From contig CAWJRG010000005.1 in the NCBI GenBank assembly GCA_963845185.1, positions 704,001 to 768,000 of the forward strand: a stretch of DNA of 64,000 nt. Direction: 5' to 3'. Origin of the DNA: an uncultured bacterium (GTDB taxonomy: Bacteria > Oederibacteriota > PGYV01 > CAWJRG01). The translations under genes were made by a program, and so were the position numbers. The notes under the pieces were generated by a model. The model searched no databases. It saw nothing but the letters and a program-made list of their open reading frames with translations, and was not told the origin of the DNA. Shown piece by piece: positions 20,055-32,005 of the stretch (its first letter is position 1; each line of letters begins with the position of its first letter).

Positions 20055-22502
20055 TTAAATCTTGGCATTCGCTTCCTTCGTTATAAAAATAAGCTCGTCC
20101 TTTTCCCTTTCGGCTTTTATTACCGTCCCTGATTTTATTCCGCCGCTTAAGACTCTTTCGGCGAGCGGGTCCTCAAGCAGGCGCTGTATGGCCCTGCGCA
20201 GCGGCCTTGCGCCGTAAACCGGGTCAAAACCCTGCTCTATCAGCAGGTCCTTCGCGTTGTCAGTCAGCTCAAACGCAATTTCTTTGTCGGTAAGCCTCTT
20301 TATGACGTCTGCCATCATGATGTCCACGATTTTCTTCAAATCTTCTTTTGACAGCGTCCTGAATACTATTATGTCGTCGACCCTGTTCAGGAATTCCGGG
20401 TTTAAAACCTTTTTCAGGTCTTCCAGCGTCCTTTCTTTTAATTTATCATAGGAAAAATCCTGCTCCTCTTTCTGAAAACCCAGTACCTTGCTTTTCTCCA
20501 CGTATTTCGAACCTATGTTTGAAGTGATTATTACAACCGTATTTTTAAAATCGACGACCCTGCCCACGGAATCAGTCAGCCTGCCGCTTTCAAGTATCTG
20601 AAGCAGTATGTTGAAAACCTCCGGGTGCGCTTTTTCTATCTCGTCAAACAGCACTACGGAATAAGGCCGCCTCCTCACTTTTTCGGTTAATTGCCCGCCT
20701 TCTTCATGGCCGACATAACCCGGAGGGGCTCCTACCAGCCTCGACACCGCAAATTTCTCCATAAACTCCGACATGTCTATCCTGACCAGCGCGTCTTTGT
20801 CTTCAAACAATATGTAAGCAAGCGTCCTCGCGACCTCGGTTTTTCCCACGCCCGTTGGCCCAAGAAAAATAAAAGAGCCTATGGGCTTGTTCGGATCGCC
20901 CATGCCGGCGCGCGAACGCCTGATTGCCTTTGATATGGCTTTAATCGCCTCTTGCTGGCCTATCACCCTTTTTCCGAACTCATCTTCCATTTTTAAAAGT
21001 TTTTCCGATTCTTTTTCCTCAAGTTTGTATATGGGTATTCCTGTTTGCTTTGAAATTATATAGGCGATATCTTCCGCCTTTACCACAGGAGTTTGTTTTA
21101 TTTTCGTATTTTCAAACTGTTTCCTTGCGTCTTCCCTTCTTTTTCTTAACTCGTTTATCTTGTCCCTCAGGCCCGCGGCTTTCTCGAACTCCTGGGATTT
21201 TACCGAAGATTCTTTTTCTTTTGTCACATGCTCGATTTCACTGTCGAGCGCCTTGATGTCGTCCGGCAGAGTCGTGGCATAAAGCCTGGCCCGCGCGCCT
21301 GACTCGTCAATCACGTCAATGGCCTTGTCTGGCAGGAACCTCTCGGTAATATACCTGTCTGACAGCTTGACTGCCGCTTCAATGGCCTCGTCGGATATTT
21401 TCACTTTATGGTGTGCCTCGTATTTATCCCTGAGCCCCTCAATAATATCTATTGTTTCATCCAGCGTGGGCGCTTTCACAAAAATCGGCTGGAACCTGCG
21501 CTCTAAGGCACCGTCTTTTTCAATGTATTTTCTGTATTCATTCAGGGTTGTCGCGCCTATGCACTGGAATTCGCCGCGGGAAAGCGCGGGTTTTAACATG
21601 TTTGACGCGTCTATTGCGCCTTCGGCTGCCCCAGCTCCCACAAGCGTATGCAGCTCATCAATGAAAAGAATTACCGTGTTTGCAGCGTGCCTTACCTCGT
21701 TTATGATTGTTTTCAGCCTTTCCTCAAACTCGCCCCTGTACTTGGTGCCTGCTACAACCGCCGCAAGGTCGAGCGTAACCACGCGCCTGTTAAGTAGAAG
21801 CTCGGGCACGTCGCCTTTTACTATTTTCTGCGCAAGCCCTTCCACTATTGCGGTTTTTCCTACACCCGGCTCGCCTATCAGCACAGGGTTATTTTTTGTC
21901 CTCCTGCTCAGTATCTGCACTACCCGCTCGATCTCGTCCTCCCTGCCTATAACAGGGTCTAGTTTATTATCCTTTGCAAGGCTTGTCAGGTCCCTGCCGA
22001 AATTGTCAAGAGTTGGCGTTGTTGTTTTATATGAAGGATAATGGCTGTATTTGGGCGGCGTGCTGGAGCCGAGGATATTTATTGTCATTTCCCTGGCTTT
22101 CCTGTAGTTCACGCCCTTCTCGCCGAGCACGGTGGCTGCCATGCCTTCGCCTTCTTTTAAAAGCCCGAGCAACAGGTGTTCTGTCCCTATGTAATTGTGC
22201 CCCATTGTCTGCGATTCCTCGGCCGCAAGCTCAAATACCTTTTTTGTCTGCGGCATGAACGGTATCTCGCCGGCTATCATTGTGCCGCCGGCGTTTTCAA
22301 CAAGGCGGTCCTCAATTTCAAACCGCAGTTTTTCCAGTTCTATGTTCATTGCCTCAAGCACTGCTGCTGCTACCCCGCCTGCATCCTTCAATATTCCCAG
22401 CAGCACATGCTCGGTACCGAGGTAATCATGTCCCATTCTTATTGCTTCCTCTTTTGCGAACGCTATTACTTTTCGCGCCCTGTCCGTAAATTTGTCGTAC
22501 AT
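20055..22502 (-). CDS. clpC: ATP-dependent Clp protease ATP-binding subunit ClpC
   Basis: Clp N repeats, [11 protein letters not shown] coil ([11 protein letters not shown]), GPTGVGKT. Confidence 0.96.
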   Translation of the reverse strand: MYDKFTDRARKVIAFAKEEAIRMGHDYLGTEHVLLGILKDAGGVAAAVLEAMNIELEKLRFEIEDRLVENAGGTMIAGEIPFMPQTKKVFELAAEESQTMGHNYIGTEHLLLGLLKEGEGMAATVLGEKGVNYRKAREMTINILGSSTPPKYSHYPSYKTTTPTLDNFGRDLTSLAKDNKLDPVIGREDEIERVVQILSRRTKNNPVLIGEPGVGKTAIVEGLAQKIVKGDVPELLLNRRVVTLDLAAVVAGTKYRGEFEERLKTIINEVRHAANTVILFIDELHTLVGAGAAEGAIDASNMLKPALSRGEFQCIGATTLNEYRKYIEKDGALERRFQPIFVKAPTLDETIDIIEGLRDKYEAHHKVKISDEAIEAAVKLSDRYITERFLPDKAIDVIDESGARARLYATTLPDDIKALDSEIEHVTKEKESSVKSQEFEKAAGLRDKINELRKRREDARKQFENTKIKQTPVVKAEDIAYIISKQTGIPIYKLEEKESEKLLKMEDEFGKRVIGQQEAIKAISKAIRRSRAGMGDPNKPIGSFIFLGPTGVGKTEVARTLAYILFEDKDALVRIDMSEFMEKFAVSRLVGAPPGYVGHEEGGQLTEKVRRRPYSVVLFDEIEKAHPEVFNILLQILESGRLTDSVGRVVDFKNTVVIITSNIGSKYVEKSKVLGFQKEEQDFSYDKLKERTLEDLKKVLNPEFLNRVDDIIVFRTLSKEDLKKIVDIMMADVIKRLTDKEIAFELTDNAKDLLIEQGFDPVYGARPLRRAIQRLLEDPLAERVLSGGIKSGTVIKAEREKDELIFITKEANAKI

Positions 22503-22517
22503 GCTCCTGCCTCTGCT

Positions 22518-23390
22518 TTAATATTCGACTTTTGTTCCAAGTTTAGTCGTAAGTTTCCTGAATTCTTTTGTGATTCTCTTTGTAATTTCGCCCGGCTTGC
22601 CTCCGTTTATTTCCCTTGCATCTATCCTGACAACCGGTATAACCTCGGCTGCCGTTCCGGTCAAAAAGCACTCGTCGGCCGTGTACAGGTCGTACCGCGT
22701 CAGCACATCTTCCTGAAAAGGTATCCCAAGTTTGTCGCTTACGTCTATGACGGTTGAGCGTGTAATGCCGTCAAGCACGCCCGTAAAAAGCGCAGGGGTT
22801 ATAAGCTTCCCATTTTTAACGATGAAAATATTATCGCCCGTGCATTCTGTAACATATCCCTGGTTGTTCATCATTATGGCTTCAAGGCTGCCGTGGTTAT
22901 TCGCCTCTATTTTTGCCAGTATGCTGTTTAGGTAATTAAGCGACTTTATTTTCGGGTCAAGCGCTTCGCTTAAATTTCTCCGTGTTGCTACCGTAGTTAT
23001 TGAAAGCCCGTTTTCATAATACTCCTGCGCATACAGCGCTATTGTGTCGGCGATTATGAAATAAAAAGAAGGCCCGCATTTTTTCGGATCAAGGCCAAGA
23101 TCCCCTGGTCCTCTTGTGACTACAAGCCTTATATACCCGTCTTTTAATCCGTTTTCAGCCACTGTTTTGACTGTTTCTTTTATCATCTCTTCTTTTATTA
23201 TTTCAATTTTCAGCATTATTGCTTTTGCCGAAGAATACAGCCTGTCGATGTGCTCTTTCAGCTTGAATATATTGCCTTTGTATATTCTTATGCCTTCAAA
23301 CACACCGTCCCCGTACAAAAGACCGTGGTCGAAAACAGAAACTTTAGCCTCTTCTTTTTCTACCAATTTGCCGTTTAAATTAATCAACAT
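22518..23390 (-). CDS. ilvE: Branched-chain amino acid aminotransferase
   Basis: DHGLLYGDGVFEG, KSLNYL, E.TGDNIF, L.GITR, FLTGTAAE. Confidence 0.93.
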   Translation of the reverse strand: MLINLNGKLVEKEEAKVSVFDHGLLYGDGVFEGIRIYKGNIFKLKEHIDRLYSSAKAIMLKIEIIKEEMIKETVKTVAENGLKDGYIRLVVTRGPGDLGLDPKKCGPSFYFIIADTIALYAQEYYENGLSITTVATRRNLSEALDPKIKSLNYLNSILAKIEANNHGSLEAIMMNNQGYVTECTGDNIFIVKNGKLITPALFTGVLDGITRSTVIDVSDKLGIPFQEDVLTRYDLYTADECFLTGTAAEVIPVVRIDAREINGGKPGEITKRITKEFRKLTTKLGTKVEY

Positions 23391-23463
23391 CTTTATTTTC
23401 TCCTTAAAATATCATCCGGATTAGCAATATTATGCCGTTATGACTGATTATTAGACGAATTAT

Positions 23464-24153
23464 TTAGCGTATTTTCTTTATATATTTTACGTTTCCGTCA
23501 TCTATATAAACCACCCTGTTTCCGTAGGAAGCAAGATGGTCATTGTGGGTTACTATTACAAAAGTCTGTCCGAAACTCTTGTTAAAATCAAGTATTATCT
23601 TGTGTATCATTTCTGCGTTTTGTTTGTCAAGGTTGCCAGTGGGTTCATCCGCGAAAATAATGTCGGGTCCGTTGGTAAGCGCCCTTGCTATGGCTACACG
23701 CTGCTGCTCACCGCCCGATAATTCAGACGGCCTGTGTAATAATCTACCACCTAACCCCATAGTTATCAATATCTTTTTTGCGCTTTCCTCCGCTGTTTTT
23801 TTGGCATCGCCTTTTATAAGGGCCGGCATCATGGTGTTTTCAAGCGCGTTGAATTCAGGCAAAAGGTGGTGAAACTGGAATATAAATCCCATGCTCTTGT
23901 TTCTGAACCCTGCCAACCTGTCGTCGTTTAAGCTGTACATGTCCGTGTCTTTTAAAAGCACTTTTCCCTCGGAAGGCCTTGAAAGGCCCCCGAGTATGGA
24001 AAGCAGCGTGCTTTTGCCCGCGCCCGACGGCCCGATAATAATAAGTATTTCCCCTTCTTCCACTTCCAGATTTATGCTTTTTAAAACGTTGAGCTGGTTT
24101 TTTCCGGTTCTGAACGTCTTTGTAATCTGCCTGGAAATCATTATGCTACTCAT
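23464..24153 (-). CDS. lolD: Lipoprotein-releasing ABC ATPase
   Basis: GPSGAGKS, FQFHHLLPEF, LSGGEQQR, DEPTGNLD. Confidence 0.9.
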   Translation of the reverse strand: MSSIMISRQITKTFRTGKNQLNVLKSINLEVEEGEILIIIGPSGAGKSTLLSILGGLSRPSEGKVLLKDTDMYSLNDDRLAGFRNKSMGFIFQFHHLLPEFNALENTMMPALIKGDAKKTAEESAKKILITMGLGGRLLHRPSELSGGEQQRVAIARALTNGPDIIFADEPTGNLDKQNAEMIHKIILDFNKSFGQTFVIVTHNDHLASYGNRVVYIDDGNVKYIKKIR

Positions 24154-25381
24154 ATCGTATAGCCTCTACCGGGTCAAGTTTTGCGGCCTGCATTGCAGGA
24201 TAAATTGTGGATAAAAACGAAAGTACTATTGAAGCCGCAGGTATTATTATTAAATCCTTGATATCCATTGCAACCGGCATTTTGTCTATGTAGTAAATGC
24301 TGCCACCGCCGGGCATTGAAATCGGATGCTGCTTTAAAAACACGCATATTGCTATGCCGGCAGCAACTCCTACAAAAGTTCCTATAACGCCTGTCGCCAC
24401 GCCCTGGGTCATGAATATGTTCATTATATTTGCCCTTGTCGCGCCCATTGATTTTATTATGCCTATGTCCTTTGTTTTCCTCATCACGACCATTATTAAA
24501 GTGCCCGCTATGTTAAAGGCCGCCACGAGCACTATCAGTGTCAGTATTATGAACATGGTCAGCTTTTCTATCTGCAAAGCCTGAAAAAGGTTTTTGTTCA
24601 TGGACATCCAGTCCCTTGCCCAGAGGTTTTTGAATTTCCTGTGAATTTCCGTAGCTACAAGTGCCGCGTTTTCAAGCTTGTCGAGTTTTATCGCGATGCC
24701 TGTTATTACGTTGCCCTTGTCAAACAGCTTCTGTGCAGTATCAATGGAAACATAGGCGAAAGTCGAATCGTAATCGTACATGCCGGATTCAAAAACGCCG
24801 ACTATTTTCATCTTGCTCATTTTTGGCATAAGCCCGGCCGGCGTCTGGACAAAAACCGGTGATACAAGGATAATGTCGTCGTTTATATCCACGTTTAAGT
24901 TTGTCATAAGCTCTTTGCCTATTACGATGCCGCGCTGTCCGTCCGGCAGTTCCTTGCTTATAAAATCAATGTCGCCCTTTATCATGTTTTTGCTTAAATT
25001 ATTTACTTTTGTCATGCTTTCCGGTATTACTCCCCAAAGCATTATGCCTTCCACGCTTTCCCTTGACTTTAGCATCACCTGCCCCATGAAATAAGGGGCA
25101 ACGCTTTTTATATGTTCCATTTTGCTTATCTTGTCGACCGTGTCCTGATAATCGCTTATTCCTTCCTTAAAATAGGACGAAGCAATTACATGGGCATTTG
25201 TGCCTATGACTTTGTCCCTTATGTCGTTGTCAAAACCGTTCATTACGGAAATAACAACTATAAGGGCGGTTACGCCGAGCGCAATACCGGATATAGATAT
25301 GAAGTTTATCAGGGAAATAAACCCTTCTTTTTTGGACCTTAAATACCTGAGTCCGATAAAAACCGTAAATCCGTTTGCCAT
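24146..25381 (-). CDS. Lipoprotein-releasing ABC permease LolC/E
   Basis: GIALGV.ALIVVISVMNGF, G...G..YD, VAAFNI, YPA..AA.LDP.EAIRYE. Confidence 0.92.
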   Translation of the reverse strand: MANGFTVFIGLRYLRSKKEGFISLINFISISGIALGVTALIVVISVMNGFDNDIRDKVIGTNAHVIASSYFKEGISDYQDTVDKISKMEHIKSVAPYFMGQVMLKSRESVEGIMLWGVIPESMTKVNNLSKNMIKGDIDFISKELPDGQRGIVIGKELMTNLNVDINDDIILVSPVFVQTPAGLMPKMSKMKIVGVFESGMYDYDSTFAYVSIDTAQKLFDKGNVITGIAIKLDKLENAALVATEIHRKFKNLWARDWMSMNKNLFQALQIEKLTMFIILTLIVLVAAFNIAGTLIMVVMRKTKDIGIIKSMGATRANIMNIFMTQGVATGVIGTFVGVAAGIAICVFLKQHPISMPGGGSIYYIDKMPVAMDIKDLIIIPAASIVLSFLSTIYPAMQAAKLDPVEAIRYE

Positions 25382-25460
25382 TAATACTCCTATGTTTGGT
25401 GTTTCAGGTTAAATGTTGAAAGTAAAAAACATTAAACCTTAAACTTTTACCTTTAAACAG

Positions 25461-26967
<1,507 letters not shown>

Positions 26968-27013
26968 GTATTCCGCTCCTGTTAAAAAATTTTCAGCCAA
27001 AATATCGCAATGG

Positions 27014-27859
27014 TTAACTGTCAGTTTTTAATTTGAACTTATACTCTTTTATTTTTTCAAAATAGCTGTAAGGCAGCTTTATCTTTCCTATTTTGGTGTT
27101 GTCTTTGCCCGTACCGTGGCAGTCTGACCCGCCTGAAACAAGCATGTCGAACCTGCCTGCTATTCTTGTGTATTTTTCAACATATTCAAAGTTGTGGTCA
27201 GGGTGAAAAGCCTCTATTCCGTCCAGACCTGCCGCGTGCCACTTTTCAATCATGTCATCCATTCCAAGTTTTCCCGGATGCGCTAGAATTGCCAGGCCGT
27301 TTACAGCTTTTATCATGGCAATGCCTTCCTCGACGGTCAGCTTTGCCTTCTCAACATAAGCCGGCTTGTCCTCGGAAAGGTATCTGTCAAAAGCGTCCCT
27401 TATGCTGTCAACATAACGCCTTTGTACCAGCAGCCTGGCTATGTGCAGCCTGCCCGCGCTGTTAATATTTTGCGTGAATTCAAAGAGCTCGGCAAAATCA
27501 AGGTCCAGGTTTTGCTGCTTCAGCTTATTTATTATTTTTTCAGCTCTTTCCACTCTTTTACTCTGGAAAAAAGCCAGTTTATTGTTAAAATCTTTGTCTT
27601 TCCAGTCAATATAAAGCCCGATTATATGCACTTCTTTTTTATCAAGCATGGCGGAAAGTTCAATGCCCGGAACAAATTCAATGCCGTCTTTTGAGGCAAG
27701 GCTTTCAGCCTCTTCCATGGCCGCAATTGTGTCGTGGTCGGTTATGGCTATCGCGTCTATTTGCTCCCTTTCCGCATTCGCGAAAACTTCGGCAATTGTG
27801 TTTGTGCTGTCCGATTTATTTGTATGAATATGTAGGTCAGCCCATTTATATTTAAGCAT
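27014..27859 (-). CDS. PHP-domain phosphoesterase (TrpH/YciV-like)
   Basis: DLHIHT..SD, AITDHDT, GIELS, LAHP, GGSDCHG. Confidence 0.92.
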   Translation of the reverse strand: MLKYKWADLHIHTNKSDSTNTIAEVFANAEREQIDAIAITDHDTIAAMEEAESLASKDGIEFVPGIELSAMLDKKEVHIIGLYIDWKDKDFNNKLAFFQSKRVERAEKIINKLKQQNLDLDFAELFEFTQNINSAGRLHIARLLVQRRYVDSIRDAFDRYLSEDKPAYVEKAKLTVEEGIAMIKAVNGLAILAHPGKLGMDDMIEKWHAAGLDGIEAFHPDHNFEYVEKYTRIAGRFDMLVSGGSDCHGTGKDNTKIGKIKLPYSYFEKIKEYKFKLKTDS

Positions 27860-28008
27860 TCTTATCCTTGTCTTTAATAATAAGAAAATCGATAGTCGAA
27901 AATTGACCGGATTTATCTTTTTATAATTGCTGTTATGTTTTATTACCTTGTTCTATTCCCGGTTATCTATTCTCGATTCTCGGATTTTCCGGCCGCGCCG
28001 GAAAATCA

Positions 28009-28083
28009 TGGAGCGGGCGATGGGAATCGAACCCACTGCGTCAAGCTTGGGAAGCTTGCATTCTACCGGTGAATTACGCCCGC
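28009..28083 (-). tRNA. tRNA-Gly(CCC)
   Basis: GCGGGCG/CGCCCGC acceptor, CAAGC-TTCCCAA-GCTTG anticodon arm, GTTCGATTC, encoded CCA; hairpin at 27983-28007 downstream. Confidence 0.96.
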
Positions 28084-28147
28084 TTTTTTCGAGTTTTATT
28101 ATTATATGTTTTTTGAAAAGGTTTGTAAAGATAAAATAACGGAAGGA

Positions 28148-28651
28148 TCAAAAGTTAAAATTATTATTGTGCCTTGAGGCTTCTTCCAGGAAAATAATGA
28201 AACTTTTCAGTATTTCAATAAGCTGCATGTCGTTTGTGTCCACGACATATTGGCCGTCCTCAAGGTTCCTCCTGCTGTCCTTCGTCTGGGGGTCGTATTG
28301 CGACAGCAGGTTCCTGTAAAGCACGTATTTCTGGTAATTTTCCCCGTTAAAACGGAACCTGTATTTTTTATCAAATGCCACCTTGCTCAACTCGTTCATT
28401 TGCGTGCTGGACGAAAGGCCTGGTATTTTGCTTGTTTTTATCCTGCCATCGTCAATTTGGTCCCTGATGCCATCCAGCATGCCTACGTCCTGTTCCACGC
28501 TTTTTATGAGCGCGTTTATGTATTTCCCCCTTGTGTATTTCATTTTTGTTTCTTCCGAAGAATTAAAAAGCAAAAAAATCAGGACAGCTACAGGCACTAT
28601 GAAAGCTGCTGCAATCAATATGGTTTTTACATTTAGTTTCACCGGGGCCAC
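28148..28651 (-). CDS. Hypothetical membrane-anchored protein
   Basis: N-terminal TM; upstream TTGACA-N17-TAGGAT promoter (28772-28800); start may be the GTG at 28642. Confidence 0.65.
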   Translation of the reverse strand: MAPVKLNVKTILIAAAFIVPVAVLIFLLFNSSEETKMKYTRGKYINALIKSVEQDVGMLDGIRDQIDDGRIKTSKIPGLSSSTQMNELSKVAFDKKYRFRFNGENYQKYVLYRNLLSQYDPQTKDSRRNLEDGQYVVDTNDMQLIEILKSFIIFLEEASRHNNNFNF

Positions 28652-28870
28652 CCTTTATTGATAAGCTAAAAATGCAGACGCCTTCAAATTTCCGTCTTGT
28701 TTGGCCGGCAACCGAAGACGTCTGCATTTTGTAAAATCTTACCGGTCTTTTCCTTTTTCCTCTTGCAAAAAATCCTACTGCAAAAGCAATTATTTGTCAA
28801 GCATTGGAGACTTTGATGATACGCTTATATTTAAGGAATTAAAAACAAATATGTGGGATAAACTCAGGTT

Positions 28871-31747
28871 TCATCTTAATATGATGATAGTTGCAGGTTT
28901 GCCTTTTAATGTCTTCCCGTCGCTGGTTTCAGCTGTTAACAGGAAATAATATGTGCCGTTTGCAAGTTTGTAAAGCTCACCCGGTGCAATGTCTTCTTCT
29001 ATTTCGCCTGCCTGGAAATCTCCCTCCCAGGTTTCTTCTTTTACCAGCCTGAAAGCCACGGTATAAATTTTCAGGCTGATATTTTTTATTTCCTGCGTAA
29101 TCTGGAATTTTATATGTAAATCACCGCTGCCTGTCGGATTATAAGGGTTTGGATAAATTACAGGATTAAGTATTGCCGGTGTGGATTGGGTTGGAATAAC
29201 GGTCGGCGTTACAGTCCCTGTATAAGTTGTTGCCGTTGCAGTAAAAGCCGGTTTCAATGTACCTGTGCATGTCTGGGTCGCAGTCAGCGTTATTGTGTCT
29301 GTGAGTGTTGCAGTGATTGAATATGTGTATGTAAGCGTCGGGCTCTGGGTTAGCGTGCTTGAACTTGTCTCTGTATAAGTCGGGCTCGCCGTATAGGTAA
29401 ATGATGGCGTTTCGGTTTGTGTAATTGTGAAAGTCGGCGTTATGGTAGACGTATCAGTGGATGTCGGCGGCGTGCCTGTATATGTTTCGGTTATAGTCGG
29501 CGATTCCGTATTTGTTTGCGTGATTGTTAAAGTCGGTGTTTCGGTCAATGTCGAGGTTTCCGTACTGGTATAGGTCAATGTAGGAGTAGAAGTTAGCGTC
29601 TGCGTGGCCGTAAATGTCGGCGATGCAGTATTTGTAAGAGTATCACTTTTTGTAGCCGTAGGTGTATGCGTACATGTAGCGGTTATGGTAGGTGTGGCTG
29701 TATTTGTTTGTGTAGGTGTAGCCGTCAATGTCGCTGTGTTTGTAGCTGTTCCCGTTTGTGTGTAAGTAAATGTAAAAGTACGCGTGGCTGTATTTGTTCC
29801 GGTTGCAGTATATGTAGGCGTATTCGTGGCAGACAGTATCACAATTGTGAATGTCATTGTTATCGTATATGTCGGCGTCACTGTATTGGTATACGTCCGG
29901 GTCTGCGTGCTTGTAGGCGATATTGTGTTTGTAAATGTCGGAGTCGGCGAAAATGTGCGTGTCCCTGTTGCTGTCGGTGTTGCAGTATAAGTCGGCGTAT
30001 CTGTAGCTGACAGTATAACCGTAGTGAATGTCATTGTTATTGTATATGACGGCGTCGCTGTGGGCGTAAATGTCTTTGTATTCGTTAATGTCGGCGTGGC
30101 AGTATATGTAAATGTCTGCGACGGCGTATTTGTCCTTGTCCCGGTAAATGTCTGGCTCGGAGTGATTGTCACTGTGCGGGTCGGCGTCGGTGTAAAGGTA
30201 CGTGTGGCTACTGCGCCTGTTGTAAAGGTAAACGTCGGTGTCGTAGCCGGTGTGCCGTATTTCAGTACCATATACGCCAGCGCTCCAACAACCCCTGCGT
30301 TGTAATCTATCCCTCCTTCGGTCACTTCGTACTTGCCGATGTTATCCTCAAATCCCGAACAGTTGTTAATCGGCCCGCCCGGTAATGAGCCTACAAGCTG
30401 GTGCAGATACGCCACCGAGCCCGGGGTAGTGCTCTCTGTGGTAAAATCTGTGTCGCCTGTTGTTGTTTTCCCGAACGCTGCCCTGTGGTGCGGGTGCAGC
30501 ACACATCCGGCAGACGTATAGTCAGGGTTTGTGTATCCTACCAGGAATGATTCTCCCTGCGCAGCTCCGGGCCCTGCCATCGACCCGTCAGAAGTTATTG
30601 CCCCGTGCGTGCCTAATATGAAATCTGTGCTGTTTTTTGCCATGCTTAGCGCTGTTGTGTCTCCTCCAGTCGTCATATAATCAAGGAACGCGCCGCACAA
30701 GGCCATATTTGCCGTGTATCTTAGGTTTCCCCAGCTGTTAACCGTGGCATACGAACCAATACCACACGTTGTCATTTTGCTCTCGTAGCTTGAGACTTCG
30801 GACTGCATTTTTGTCAGGTAAGTGGCTGTCCCTGTCATCTTGTATAATTCAAAATCAGCTGCAGGCTCGCAGTTGTTCCAGCACAGCACCCAGTTTGTAG
30901 GCATGCTGTAATCGCCGTTTGATGTGTAAGTCTGCGCGTCTGTCAGGTATGATGTGGTGCCTGTTGCCCTGTAAAGCTCTATTGCTCCCCATGCCATGTG
31001 CCCTGCCCAGTGCGAGGCGCTGTAAAATGACCCGCCGTTTGCGTCCGATATTGCGGCCGGGTTTGTCTTGCCGACATTATAGTATTCAACTGCCGTGGTC
31101 GAGCACTGCGCAGCGTAAGCCGCGTCATACTGCTTGTATAATATGAACATTAGGGCGAGGGCTGCTGCTGCTGTGCCGCAGACATTTGACCCGCCTGATG
31201 TAAATGAATAACAATTCCTCGGGTCCCCACCAGCTGCAGTGGCATATGCTGTTGACTCGTATTCCGGCGTCACAAAATGCGTGTGGTCCGCAGCGCCGTC
31301 GCCTACCTGGTAATATACTTTGCCTCCGTTGTATGCCTTCAGCAAATAATCAGTTTCTACTTTTACTTCGTTAAGCAGGTCAGGTATTCCGTCGCTGCCT
31401 GCCGTATCAGTGGCAGTGTAAATGTCCTGATATGCTGAAGAAAAATAACTGAACGCAAGCAGCAGCAAAGCTGCTGAATACGCGTTTGTCTGGCCGAATT
31501 TAACGTGGTCCCCGCAGTCATGCCAGCCTCCCGACAGGTCTATGCCTACAGACGAGCCGTCATTTGTATGGCATGCTCCGTGTATCCAGGAATTGGTTGT
31601 TCCGCAGCGCTGCGCCCCGTAATAATAAATCGACTTACTAAGCGCGTCAGTATAGTTTTGCGCGGCATAAATATATGCAGGCATGACTGCTATAATTACC
31701 GGCAGTACACAGGCTCTAAGCATATTGCGCCACTTGAATCTCAACAT
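28871..31747 (-). CDS. Secreted glycoside hydrolase family 9 with Thr/Pro-rich stalk and C-terminal sorting-like domain
   Basis: GGWHDCGDHVKF, YYQVGDG..DH, HPHHR, D....Y..TE..IDYNAG; about 350 aa of TPT repeats; YPNP...IYTV...GTYY...IIILR. Confidence 0.9.
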   Translation of the reverse strand: MLRFKWRNMLRACVLPVIIAVMPAYIYAAQNYTDALSKSIYYYGAQRCGTTNSWIHGACHTNDGSSVGIDLSGGWHDCGDHVKFGQTNAYSAALLLLAFSYFSSAYQDIYTATDTAGSDGIPDLLNEVKVETDYLLKAYNGGKVYYQVGDGAADHTHFVTPEYESTAYATAAGGDPRNCYSFTSGGSNVCGTAAAALALMFILYKQYDAAYAAQCSTTAVEYYNVGKTNPAAISDANGGSFYSASHWAGHMAWGAIELYRATGTTSYLTDAQTYTSNGDYSMPTNWVLCWNNCEPAADFELYKMTGTATYLTKMQSEVSSYESKMTTCGIGSYATVNSWGNLRYTANMALCGAFLDYMTTGGDTTALSMAKNSTDFILGTHGAITSDGSMAGPGAAQGESFLVGYTNPDYTSAGCVLHPHHRAAFGKTTTGDTDFTTESTTPGSVAYLHQLVGSLPGGPINNCSGFEDNIGKYEVTEGGIDYNAGVVGALAYMVLKYGTPATTPTFTFTTGAVATRTFTPTPTRTVTITPSQTFTGTRTNTPSQTFTYTATPTLTNTKTFTPTATPSYTITMTFTTVILSATDTPTYTATPTATGTRTFSPTPTFTNTISPTSTQTRTYTNTVTPTYTITMTFTIVILSATNTPTYTATGTNTATRTFTFTYTQTGTATNTATLTATPTQTNTATPTITATCTHTPTATKSDTLTNTASPTFTATQTLTSTPTLTYTSTETSTLTETPTLTITQTNTESPTITETYTGTPPTSTDTSTITPTFTITQTETPSFTYTASPTYTETSSSTLTQSPTLTYTYSITATLTDTITLTATQTCTGTLKPAFTATATTYTGTVTPTVIPTQSTPAILNPVIYPNPYNPTGSGDLHIKFQITQEIKNISLKIYTVAFRLVKEETWEGDFQAGEIEEDIAPGELYKLANGTYYFLLTAETSDGKTLKGKPATIIILR

Positions 31748-31793
31748 ATCACTTCATCTCCTGAAAATCCTACTTTTATTGTCTTCTATTGTT

Positions 31794-31821
31794 TTAGACA
31801 ACAATATTTGCTTTAAGTTCC
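31794..31821 (-). promoter_or_regulatory. ECF (RpoE-like) promoter of the GH9 gene
   Basis: GGAACTT-N16-TCTAA about 50 bp upstream of the start. Confidence 0.6.
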
Positions 31822-32005
31822 TAAAAAAATGCAGTTTAATGCGTTTAAATTAGCGTATTACTTATATAATAATACCCTAAAAATAATAAAAAATCAAAAT
31901 AAAATTATATTTTATTATATAAAACTCAATTTATTTTTATGCAGTTTTTTCAGATAAGTTAAATTGTGCGGTTGATTTTAATGCAGACAGAATCAAATGC
32001 TGTTG

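Noticed and set aside
27927..28139. 70-aa ORF
   Set aside because: Antisense to tRNA-Gly
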